DNA of 64,000 bases from Trueperaceae bacterium (GTDB lineage Bacteria; Deinococcota; Deinococci; Deinococcales; Trueperaceae): contig OZ243956.1 in assembly GCA_965214405.1 (NCBI GenBank), positions 1,760,001 through 1,824,000 of the forward strand, read 5' to 3'. Position 1 is the first letter of the stretch. Each line of letters starts with the position of its first letter. The position numbers and the translations under genes are program-made. Positions 10,196 to 18,927 of the stretch are shown here, one piece after another. The notes beneath the pieces were generated by a model. The model had not been told where the DNA came from and did no database searches. It saw only the letters and a program-made list of their open reading frames with translations.

Positions 10196-11017
10196 ATGCC
10201 AAAGGGTAGAGATGCGGAACGCGCCAAGACGTGGGTGGGGGGGTTGGCTCGAGCCGGGTACGTCGCCAAGGGCAGCGTTTACCTCCTTGTCGGCGTGCTC
10301 GCCGCCAGAGCGGCGCTGAGCGGCCCCGGTTCCAGCGCCGAGGGCAAGGGCGGCGCGCTCCGGGAGCTTGTGGCGCAACCCTTCGGGCGGGTGCTCCTCG
10401 TCGTCGTTGTTGTCGGGTTGGTGGGCTACACCCTCTGGCGCTTTGCCCAGGCGGCGCTGGACACGGAAGATGAGGGCTCGAGTTTGAACGGCGTCGTTTT
10501 CCGAGCAGGTTTCGCGCTGAGCGGCCTCATCTACGGGGCGTGGACTTATATCGCCCTGCGCGTACTTTTGCCCGGACGGAGCAGCCCCCAGAATCCTCAA
10601 GAGGATTGGACGGCGCGGCTCATGGCGCAGCCCTTCGGGCCGTGGCTGGTCGGCGCGTTCGGCCTGCTCATCGTCGCGGTGGGGCTTTACCAGGCGTACC
10701 GCGCGTATAGGGCCGACTTTCGAGAGAGCTTAAAGTTGAGCAAACAAGCAAAGCGCGAGACCTGGGTAACAAACGCGGGCCGGGTGGGGTTCACGGCCAA
10801 GGCGGTGGTTTACGGGCTCATCGGGATTTTTTTCGTCCAGGCGGCGCTGCGGCACAACCCGGAAGCGGCGGGGGGACTGGGCGAGGCGCTGCAAACCGTC
10901 GCGGCGAGACCCTACGGTCCCTACTTGCTGGGGCTGCTCGCGCTCGGCCTCGCCGCGTTTGGGGTTTTTTCGCTCCTGCTCGCGCGTTACCGGGCGCTTT
11001 TCGGGTCGGCGGATTAA
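10196..11017 (+). CDS. DUF1206 domain membrane protein
   Basis: Repeated units ARAGYVAKGSVY..L..QPFG / MAQPFG / ARPYG. Confidence 0.88.
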   Translation: MPKGRDAERAKTWVGGLARAGYVAKGSVYLLVGVLAARAALSGPGSSAEGKGGALRELVAQPFGRVLLVVVVVGLVGYTLWRFAQAALDTEDEGSSLNGVVFRAGFALSGLIYGAWTYIALRVLLPGRSSPQNPQEDWTARLMAQPFGPWLVGAFGLLIVAVGLYQAYRAYRADFRESLKLSKQAKRETWVTNAGRVGFTAKAVVYGLIGIFFVQAALRHNPEAAGGLGEALQTVAARPYGPYLLGLLALGLAAFGVFSLLLARYRALFGSAD

Positions 11018-11026
11018 GTTTGACGC

Positions 11027-11953
11027 TTACTTCGCCGCCGCCTCTGCCGCCACCTCTGCCGCCTTCCCCTTTTCTCTCGCAAGGATGCGGGCGGGGCGTC
11101 TCGAGCGGTTCACCATCACAATGCCCACAATCGCCACCGCGCCGCCCGCCAGGGTCACCCAGCTCGGCACTTCACCGATAAAGAGCCATGAGAAGAGAAG
11201 GGAAAAAACGGGTACTGTATACAAAAAGGTCGTCACCAGCGTGACGGGCGCTTGTGAGAGCGCGTAGGAGAAGATCGCGTACGCCAGCGCCGCCGGGAAC
11301 ACGCCGATGTAGACGGTCGCCCAGAAGGGCTCGAGCGCCGCGCCCGCCACCGCCGCCGGAAAACCCGGCAGGAACACGAGCAGCGGCAGCGTGCCCGCCC
11401 AGGTCGCAAAGGCGGTCACCTCGACCGCTTTATAGCGGGCAAACAGCGGCTTTTGCAGCACAAAATAAAAGGCCGTGGTCACCGACGAGAGCAAAATAAG
11501 CAGCGCGTAAGGATTAAACCCGAACGCCGCCTCCTCACCCCAGACGATCAGCGCCACGCCCAAAAAGGACACAGCGATGCCGCCCCAACCCAGAGGCGGT
11601 AAACGGTCACCGAGCATAAAAAACGCGACGACCGCGGTGATGGCGGGCGCGGTGGCGATGATGAGACTCGCCGCGCCCGCCGTGACGTACAGTTCACCGT
11701 AGTTGAGCGCCAAGTGATAAATGGTCACGCCCAAAAGTCCTAACAGAAAAAACATGGGCAGGTCGCGCCGCGCGGGCAGGAGGCGTTTTTTAGTCCCTGC
11801 CAAGTAGGGCGCAAAGCAGAGCGAGGCGACGAGAAAGCGGCCCAGCGTCAGGTGAGCCGCCGAAAAGCCTTCCAACCCCACCTTGATGAGCGGAAACGCC
11901 GAACCCCAAAGGACTGCCAACAGAAGCAGGCTGAGGAGGACTCTACGGCTCAC
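11027..11953 (-). CDS. EamA/DMT family transporter
   Basis: LWGSAFPLIK..GRFLVA and two EamA repeats; leaderless-type TAAGGT 6 nt upstream of the GTG. Confidence 0.9.
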   Translation of the reverse strand: MSRRVLLSLLLLAVLWGSAFPLIKVGLEGFSAAHLTLGRFLVASLCFAPYLAGTKKRLLPARRDLPMFFLLGLLGVTIYHLALNYGELYVTAGAASLIIATAPAITAVVAFFMLGDRLPPLGWGGIAVSFLGVALIVWGEEAAFGFNPYALLILLSSVTTAFYFVLQKPLFARYKAVEVTAFATWAGTLPLLVFLPGFPAAVAGAALEPFWATVYIGVFPAALAYAIFSYALSQAPVTLVTTFLYTVPVFSLLFSWLFIGEVPSWVTLAGGAVAIVGIVMVNRSRRPARILAREKGKAAEVAAEAAAK

Positions 11954-12023
11954 CGCATCACCTTAACATTGAAGGCAGAGTTGCTAAGACCACGCCGCCC
12001 TTTTTGATTGAATCAACCTTGGG

Positions 12024-12290
12024 CTATTCGAAATCTTCAGGAACCTGCTCTAGCTGTCTCTCTAAGTTCCAAATTAACGGTTTTTTATCGTGCTCACGCC
12101 AAATGGCTCCTTGCCGCAACCACGCCTGTCTGTAACGCTTTGCCCCCCTTGGAGTAGCATCCTGATATCCAAACTCCACTCCGCAACAGGGACAATAGTC
12201 AAAGAGAGGTGTGCGACCGTCATCCCCCCATGAAGGGTCGTCTTGACGGAGTCCGCACACTCTACAGAACATGAAGCTTTCAATAGGCAT
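12024..12290 (-). CDS. Small Cys-rich (CxxC...CPCC) putative zinc-binding protein
   Basis: CRVCG..W..DYCPCCGVEFGYQD..YRQAWL..W..W.LERQL; more AT-rich than flanking genes. Confidence 0.7.
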   Translation of the reverse strand: MPIESFMFCRVCGLRQDDPSWGDDGRTPLFDYCPCCGVEFGYQDATPRGAKRYRQAWLRQGAIWREHDKKPLIWNLERQLEQVPEDFE

Positions 12291-12326
12291 TAAGGTAGGC
12301 CGGATCTAATAATCTCTGCCGCTCTT

Positions 12327-13310
12327 TTACGCGGGCAGCATGACCGGGCGACCGCAGGCGCAGAGTTCCTCGTCGCGGACCATCGTCGCCTGGCCTTCGC
12401 GGTACCAGAGCGTATCGCACTCGGGGCAGCGGATTTCGTTTTCGGAGATGCTGCGAATCGCCGGGGGCTCGATCCAGCGTTTTTCGCCGCACCAGTGACA
12501 GACGACCTCGGCCCCGCCGTCCTCTTCGATCATCGCCTCGCGCTCGCCCCGCGTAAAGTAAGCGAGGGCGTCAAGCGCTTTTTGGTCGCTACAGCGGCAC
12601 TCGAAGCGTAGCGGCAGCGCGTCGGGGGTGAGGAGTTCGAACTCTAAGCCTTGGCAAAGCGCCTCGACAATCTCCAAGAGACTCATCCGGCCCATCGCGG
12701 CGGTGAGCTGGCCCAGCGCCGTGACGTTCTCACCCAAGCGCGTCAGCGTGTCCTCTTCAGCGCCCGGCAGCGCCTGCAACACGACGCCGCCCGACCGAGC
12801 AACCTTGCCGCCCTCAACGTACACGCCCAGCAGCACCGCCGAGGCGACCTGCTCGGACTGCGCCAAAAAGACGGTGATGTCGTCCGCAATCTCGCCCGAG
12901 GTGAGGGGCACGGACGAGCTATAGGGCTCGCCGTAGGGCGCGTGTGAGCGGATGACTTGAATGTCGCCCGCGCCCAAGGCCCCGCCCACGTCGAGCTTGC
13001 CGTCGGGCCGGAGGGGGAGGTGAACGTTCGGATTGGTGACGTAGCCGCGCACCGCGCCGTCCAACCCGGCCTCGGCGATCACGCCGCCCAGGGGGCCGTC
13101 GCCGCGCAGGCGCAACGTCACGCGGTCTTGCGGGTTTTTGAGGAGCACGTGCGACAGCAAGAGCGCTCCCGTAAGGGTGCGGCCCAGGGCCGCCGTCGCG
13201 GTGGGCAGGGTGTCGTGGCGCGCGCGCGCCTCTTCAACGAGCGCGGTGGTGTCGGCGGCAACCACACGAACGGAGCCGCGCGCCGCTAGGCCGCGAAGCA
13301 AGTAAGACAT
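12327..13310 (-). CDS. hslO: Hsp33 redox-regulated chaperone with an extra C-terminal Cys cluster
   Basis: ARARHDTLPTATAALGRTLT, GDGPLG, SGEIADD, QSEQ and the CRCS..CHWC zinc centre. Confidence 0.93.
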   Translation of the reverse strand: MSYLLRGLAARGSVRVVAADTTALVEEARARHDTLPTATAALGRTLTGALLLSHVLLKNPQDRVTLRLRGDGPLGGVIAEAGLDGAVRGYVTNPNVHLPLRPDGKLDVGGALGAGDIQVIRSHAPYGEPYSSSVPLTSGEIADDITVFLAQSEQVASAVLLGVYVEGGKVARSGGVVLQALPGAEEDTLTRLGENVTALGQLTAAMGRMSLLEIVEALCQGLEFELLTPDALPLRFECRCSDQKALDALAYFTRGEREAMIEEDGGAEVVCHWCGEKRWIEPPAIRSISENEIRCPECDTLWYREGQATMVRDEELCACGRPVMLPA

Positions 13311-13720
13311 AAATTTTCCTCTCGTAGACGCTGACAGGGGCTGCTAAAGCAGCCGTGACAAGGTCGATGGGCGTCTCCACCATCAGTAGAAAGGAGTATA
13401 AATCCGGCTGCGTGAGCGTGCCGTAAGGCTCCTGACGAGGAAGCGAAAACGCCAACGGAAATTTGTTGACTCATCTTACGCACGAGTTGATGGTTTCTCA
13501 AACCGTCTGGTGAATAGGGTGATAGGGAGTAGAGAGGTGAGAAGCACAAGCTCTTGGCTTTGTTCCCATCACCCCACCTCCCTTGCTCCCCGCCTTGGCT
13601 CATACAAACATCCACGTGACGTGAACGATTAGGCAGGCTTGCGTACAGGACTCGAGCAGAGAACAGAGGAGCCTCCCCGACTTTACTTCTCGCTTATATT
13701 TTCTCACCTATGTTGAGGTT

Positions 13721-14212
13721 CTACGCCCCCTCGTAACGCTCGCGGTGACGCTTTTTCATCTCCTTGTAACGCGGGTTCTCTCTGGCCTCCACATATTTTT
13801 CGTAGAAGATAGCCGCCGACTCCGCTTTCTCCTCGTCTATCTCACGCGGCAATTGCTCGCGTCCGTGAGAGCCGCTCTGCCCCTTTTTATCCGCTGGCAC
13901 AGGACCCTTGTATTTTTTGCCGCCCTTGTGGTTGGCGTAGCGGCGCGAGCGCGTCCAGCCCATCTGCAAAAACTTGCGCGCCATGTCCGCGCCCACAAAA
14001 TCATCTTGCTCCAGATAGGCGTGAAACATCTCAAAAAGCTTGTCAGAAGATTCCCTGGCGACGTCGGGCGTCCGGAAGCGCCAGTGGGGCAGCAGTTCGC
14101 CCTTGTAGGGCTCGACCAAAAGCACACCCTGTTCGCCCTTGCCGACGCGGTAGAGGTCGGGGCGCTCGCGGAAGTTGACGGTTTTGAAGTCGAGGTCGTA
14201 GTCAAAGGCCAT
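13721..14212 (-). CDS. DUF4385 family protein
   Basis: YRVGKGEQGVLLVEPYK..HWRFRTP..DFVGADMARKFLQMGWTRSRRYANHKGG. Confidence 0.85.
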   Translation of the reverse strand: MAFDYDLDFKTVNFRERPDLYRVGKGEQGVLLVEPYKGELLPHWRFRTPDVARESSDKLFEMFHAYLEQDDFVGADMARKFLQMGWTRSRRYANHKGGKKYKGPVPADKKGQSGSHGREQLPREIDEEKAESAAIFYEKYVEARENPRYKEMKKRHRERYEGA

Positions 14213-14470
14213 AGGTCATTTTATATTCTGCACCTTACCTATCTCACAGGGCTTCGCTCACGGTTTTATCTCACAGCATCTCATTTGACGGTTTTGACAG
14301 TTTCGACAGTGGCGAACCGCCCCACGTTGCGATAAGCTAAGCAGTGTTGCCGCGCGCTTCTGCTAAACGGGGGCGCGCTCGAGACGCGCGCCGCGCAAAC
14401 CATCAAGACTCAGATCAAGACCCGGTCGGCGTGACGCGTCAGAGAAAAGACAAAGAACCAAGGAGATGGC

Positions 14471-14803
14471 ATGACGGAAAATAAGCTCAACGACGGTTTG
14501 GTTTTTTACGGTCTCGCCTTTACCCAGCTCGGCGCGCTCGGCGTGCTCTTTTTTTGGGTCATCGGCACCGTGCTCGACGTCAATTTTGGGACGGTCGCGT
14601 ACGCGCGGGCGGTCCAGCCTTTTAGCTTTTTCTACTACGCGTATCCCTTTGTGGTGGCGGCTTGTGTGGTGGTGGCGTGGGGGCTTTTCTGGTTTCGCTA
14701 CTACCGGGCGGCGCTCGCGCTGAGCGGGCTGCCGCTGGCGGCGGTGGTGTTTTATTACCTTATCTTGGTTCAGCAAGGGGCGCAGGTGCTGCCCCAGGTG
14801 TAA
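14471..14803 (+). CDS. Hypothetical membrane protein with three TM segments
   Basis: AAGGAG RBS; hydrophobic segments. Confidence 0.65.
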   Translation: MTENKLNDGLVFYGLAFTQLGALGVLFFWVIGTVLDVNFGTVAYARAVQPFSFFYYAYPFVVAACVVVAWGLFWFRYYRAALALSGLPLAAVVFYYLILVQQGAQVLPQV

Positions 14804-14972
14804 CGGGTGGTGCGGGACGAACCGTAAAGAAGTCGAGGCTGAGTTCTGTTGACGTTTGGGTTAGCCGAGCAAGTTCTTAGGGGGGTTGGAAAAAGTAAGG
14901 CGACCTTGAAGCGCTGGTCTTGATGTGTTCGTTGCGAAGCTGAACGCATTCGCAAACAGCAGACCTATACCC

Positions 14973-16418
14973 TTAATTGAGCAGCCGGGGGTGACCGCCT
15001 AAGCGCTCACGCGCCGCGTGGACGTGGCCGCGCAAGGTTAGCGCCCACTCGTCGGCGGGGTGGAGATGCTTGAGCGCGGCCTCGGCGTGGGAAATGACGC
15101 GCGCGGGCTCCTCGCCGGTTTGCGCGAGCACGTCGGCCAGCATCTCGTGGGCGGTGAGCCAGTCGGGTTCGCCCTCTTTAGAGGCGCTGACCGCTTTTTC
15201 AAACCAGTCGACGGCCTCCTCTAGACGGTAGTAGTCATTGGCGATGTTGCCCAGACAGATACAGGCGGGGGCAACCGCGCCCGCCTCGAGCGCCCCCCTC
15301 GCCCACGCGTCCGCCGCCCCGAAGTTGCCGAGCCGGTACTCGGTCTCGGCCAAGTCGGCCTTGGCCTCCCCCAAAAAGGCGTAGCGTTTGTCCTCGACGA
15401 TTTCTAGAAGCACCTCTCTGGCCTCGAGCAGGTGGTCGGCCTCGAAAAGCGAAAACGCGTACTCGTGCCGCGCGAACGCCCGTTGCGAGGCTCCGGCCAA
15501 GCTGATGGCCTCCAGGTAATGGGGCGCGGCGCGCTCTAAACGGCCAAGCAGCGCGTACGTCTGCGCGAGCGCGAGGTGCAGGCTAAACGAGGGTTCGCCC
15601 GCCGCCGCTTCTAAGACGCTCGCCTGGAGAAAGTGCTCGAGCGCCCGGTTGGGGTTGTCCAAAAGCGTGTGGGCGCGGCCTGTGAGATAGTGCAGGACGG
15701 CGCGCTCGTCGGGCTCTAGAGTGTCGCCCTTGACCTCGGCCAGCACCTCTAAGCTCTCGGCGGCGTGGTCCGTTTCGATGAGGCTGCTCGCCAAGCTGAG
15801 GCGCTCGCCCTCTCTATCCGCGCCGCAAGACGTCGCCACCGCGTTTGCAAAGGCCTCGCGCGCGCCTTCAAAGTCGCTGCGTCCCTCGAGCGCCCGGCCA
15901 AGAAGCGACCAGCAGCGCCACACCAAGTAGCGCGGGAGCGAGGCTTTGGGGATACCCTCAAGGATTTTGATGGCCCGCCCGGACGCGCCCACGGTGAGGA
16001 GCGCGCGCGCCGCGTGAAAGGCCGCCACGGCGTCGCCCGCGCCCGCCACGGCCACCGCGCCCTTTTTGATGTCGGCCCTTAACGTCGCGGGCGCATTGCT
16101 ATTACTGCCGCCACCGTCGCCACTACTGCCACTGTAGGCGGCGAACTCCCAGCGGAGCGCGCGGTAGAGCGGGTGCTCTACAAGCGTCGGCTCGGCCTCG
16201 AGGGCTTCTTGGAGGGCGTGCAAACCACCCTCCAGCCCGTCCTCCTCATAAAGCGCATAAACCGCCGCCAAAAGGAGCTTGAGCAGACCCGCGTCATGAC
16301 CCCGTCGGCCCCGTCTGGCTGCGTTTTCCAAAAGAGCAAAGGCGACCTCATAGCGACCTTCAGAAAGCGCACGGTGCGCGGGCTCGACCTCGGCGAGAGG
16401 CGAACGGCGAAAGAACAT
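14973..16418 (-). CDS. Tetratricopeptide-repeat protein
   Basis: Ala/Leu-rich helical repeats with TPR-like patterns; ATG at 16418 preferred as start. Confidence 0.8.
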   Translation of the reverse strand: MFFRRSPLAEVEPAHRALSEGRYEVAFALLENAARRGRRGHDAGLLKLLLAAVYALYEEDGLEGGLHALQEALEAEPTLVEHPLYRALRWEFAAYSGSSGDGGGSNSNAPATLRADIKKGAVAVAGAGDAVAAFHAARALLTVGASGRAIKILEGIPKASLPRYLVWRCWSLLGRALEGRSDFEGAREAFANAVATSCGADREGERLSLASSLIETDHAAESLEVLAEVKGDTLEPDERAVLHYLTGRAHTLLDNPNRALEHFLQASVLEAAAGEPSFSLHLALAQTYALLGRLERAAPHYLEAISLAGASQRAFARHEYAFSLFEADHLLEAREVLLEIVEDKRYAFLGEAKADLAETEYRLGNFGAADAWARGALEAGAVAPACICLGNIANDYYRLEEAVDWFEKAVSASKEGEPDWLTAHEMLADVLAQTGEEPARVISHAEAALKHLHPADEWALTLRGHVHAARERLGGHPRLLN

Positions 16419-16696
16419 AAAACAGGCTAACACGCTTCTGTCATGACTTCACCACAAAGTTCACAGACGAGAAGACACAAGGATGTCGCTGATGTTACGC
16501 AGAGGTCGGTTTGAGCTGGGATGGAGAGAAAAGTGAGGTAAGGAGCGGAGGAGGTAGAGAGACTTGGGATGGGAAACGGAGGAGGTGGGGAGAAAACCTA
16601 TACTTTCACTCCTTGTCTCCCCAACTCCTTATTTCCCCACCACGTCAACTGCCGCGTTACGCCCGGTAAAGCACGGCGTCGTCACATCACAACTCG

Positions 16697-17440
16697 CTAC
16701 AACCACGTCACCGTCCGCGGCCCCTCCCCCAAAGGGTAGTCGGGGACGGCTTGGTGGAACGACTCGACTAACAGGCGGCGCGGGAAGCGGCGCATAAAGG
16801 TGAGGACGCTTCTGGCCTGGGTTTCGTGCTGGCCCATCGCGCGCAGCTTGTTTTCGATGTAAGGCCCCACCTCAACATAGTGCGTGGGCGGCAGGTGCAG
16901 CGCGCGAATCTCTTCGGGGGAGGTGAAACCAGCGCGCGCTTCGCCGCTGTAGGGGCGTTCGGTGGCAAAGTAGTAGAGCCGGTCGGGGGTATGGCTGGCG
17001 CTCTCGAGCGCTCCTTTAACCCAGCGGTGAGTGACGATGTGGTCGGGATGACCGTTGGAGCCGTTGGGCGGAAAAGTAACGACGACGGTAGGTTTGAGAG
17101 CGTCCAGCAACTCGGTCACGCGCGCGACTCCCACCGCCTCGTCCACTCCGGCCAGACCCAAATTTTCCGCTATCCCGCGGTCGGCGGCGGGCACGAAGTC
17201 GGGTAGGTCGTCGATATAAACGTCCCTTACGCCGAGCGCGGCGAGCGACGCGCGCAACTCCGCCTCGCGCACCGCGGGCAGCGCCTCGCGGGTACACACG
17301 TCAAGCGTGCGCCCCGAACCGCCCCGCGTCAGCGTGAGCGTGGCGACGCGCTTTCCCGCGTCGGCCATGTGGCTAAAGAGCCCGCCGCAGCCGAACACTT
17401 CGTCGTCGGGGTGGGGAACGATGAGCATGAGGTTAACCAT
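16697..17440 (-). CDS. PIG-L family deacetylase (BshB/MshB-like)
   Basis: PHPDDE, TRGG, REAEL, GHPDH and HETQ motifs. Confidence 0.9.
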   Translation of the reverse strand: MVNLMLIVPHPDDEVFGCGGLFSHMADAGKRVATLTLTRGGSGRTLDVCTREALPAVREAELRASLAALGVRDVYIDDLPDFVPAADRGIAENLGLAGVDEAVGVARVTELLDALKPTVVVTFPPNGSNGHPDHIVTHRWVKGALESASHTPDRLYYFATERPYSGEARAGFTSPEEIRALHLPPTHYVEVGPYIENKLRAMGQHETQARSVLTFMRRFPRRLLVESFHQAVPDYPLGEGPRTVTWL

Positions 17441-17830
17441 GAGAACTCCAAACGTGCATTTTATAGAAGCGGCGGCCTCTGCTTCAAGACCTTTGCTTCA
17501 AAACCTTATATTAGATATTAGGCCGTCCTTCACATGGGGCTGTTTCAGCACGTGATGCGCGCTCGAGCGTATCAAGAATCCAGGCTCGGGGGGGCGACTC
17601 ACCAAACGGGCCGAGTGTGGTGACGCCTCCTGCGGTGAAACCGGTTCCCTTCCCAATTTTGAACGAGTCACCAGCCGGGGCAGCTCCGCCCAAGCCAGGG
17701 AAGGTAGACGGGCGTACTTTCACCTCCTCCTCTCTCTCGTAACCTAGAAGCGTCACATAAGGGGCGGGCAACTCTGTAGACGACGGCATTTCGCGTCACC
17801 TTCTGACAAATTTGGGTTTGGGGGAAACAC

Positions 17831-18601
17831 ATGAAAATTTTGCTGGTTTTGCTCTTACTGTCGCCCTTTGCCTTCGCGCAGGAAGCACAAGAGGACATTT
17901 TCAACATCTCGACGGTGTCGGAGACCTTTGGGCTTTTTACGGCGGGGTTGGAGCAGGTCACGGCGGAGGCGGCGGTCCAGAATATTGAGGGCTGGCAGGC
18001 GCGCTTAGAAGCGACGGGGGACGAAAATCTCGCAAGCCTCTCCGAAGATTTAGGAGCGTTCGCAGAGGCGTTACAGGCCTCCTCACCCGAGGGCGCAGCC
18101 ATCGCTGAACAACTCGTCAATCTGGGCGAGCGCACAGGGGAAATCGCCTCGCGCGTGGAGGACGAGGATCTCGCCCGGCGTTTAACAACGCTCGCTTACG
18201 TGTTGCAAGAGGCGGGGCGCACGGTGCAAGAGGAGCCGCAGGCAGACCTTTCCAACGTCGTCCCGGTGGTGCCGCCCATCCTGGGCCGGACCGCGCAATT
18301 TTTGCAGGGCGACCTCGCCGATGCCTCGCTGGCGGCGGCGCTCCTCAACATCGAGGCGTGGCAGGGGCGCATCCTGACGAACGTCGAGAGCGACGCTGGC
18401 ACGCAGTTGGTGGACGATCTAGAGCGTTTGCAAAACGCCTTGCAGATGGAAGAGGCCGATCAGGCCGAGCTGGGTGAGATTTTCGGCGCGCTCGCCCAGG
18501 ACACCCGCGCGGTGGCCGAGACCGTGGACCCGGCGCTGCAAAACGCGCTCGAGCGCTTTGCCGGGCTGCTCGAGGGTGCGGGCGGGGGAAGCGCCAACTA
18601 G
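17831..18601 (+). CDS. Secreted protein with two copies of a ~100-aa helical domain
   Basis: Signal peptide ending AFA-Q; AAVQNIEGWQARL versus AALLNIEAWQGRI internal duplication. Confidence 0.8.
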   Translation: MKILLVLLLLSPFAFAQEAQEDIFNISTVSETFGLFTAGLEQVTAEAAVQNIEGWQARLEATGDENLASLSEDLGAFAEALQASSPEGAAIAEQLVNLGERTGEIASRVEDEDLARRLTTLAYVLQEAGRTVQEEPQADLSNVVPVVPPILGRTAQFLQGDLADASLAAALLNIEAWQGRILTNVESDAGTQLVDDLERLQNALQMEEADQAELGEIFGALAQDTRAVAETVDPALQNALERFAGLLEGAGGGSAN

Positions 18602-18725
18602 TTAGCAACGACGTTTGAGTGGCAGTTCCACAACATATCGAGACGAACGAGCGCAGATATCATCACCGTAAGCGTGTGACAAACAGCACCCTGTAAAGCA
18701 GGGTGTTGCCTGCTAAAGAAACGAG

Positions 18726-18754
18726 AGGGCGTGGGCTAGACCCACGCCTTTTTT
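18726..18754 (+). terminator. Intrinsic terminator
   Basis: AGGGCGTGGG-ctaga-CCCACGCCTT-TTTT. Confidence 0.75.
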
Positions 18755-18927
18755 ATGTGCCAATTCTCAGAGAAACCTTTTTAGAGTCGAGCTTTGTCCC
18801 CCCGAAGTCCCTCAATTGATGTGAGGACGCTACAAGCACAAAAGGTCTCGAACTAACCTTGCTCCTCACGCTCCTATGCGCGAACTGCACCTTACACTGC
18901 GCAAATTTATACGCGTACCGGGTCAAA

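Noticed and set aside
13311..13400. hslO leader as a fluoride (crcB) riboswitch
   Set aside because: The topology is superficially similar, but the GCU(A/G)AUG element is missing and the gene context does not fit. Kept only as a generic structured leader.
17511..17789. 92-aa minus-strand ORF, or a cobalamin riboswitch / 6S / SRP RNA call
   Set aside because: The ORF has no recognisable features, and I could not match the diagnostic motifs of those RNA families by eye.
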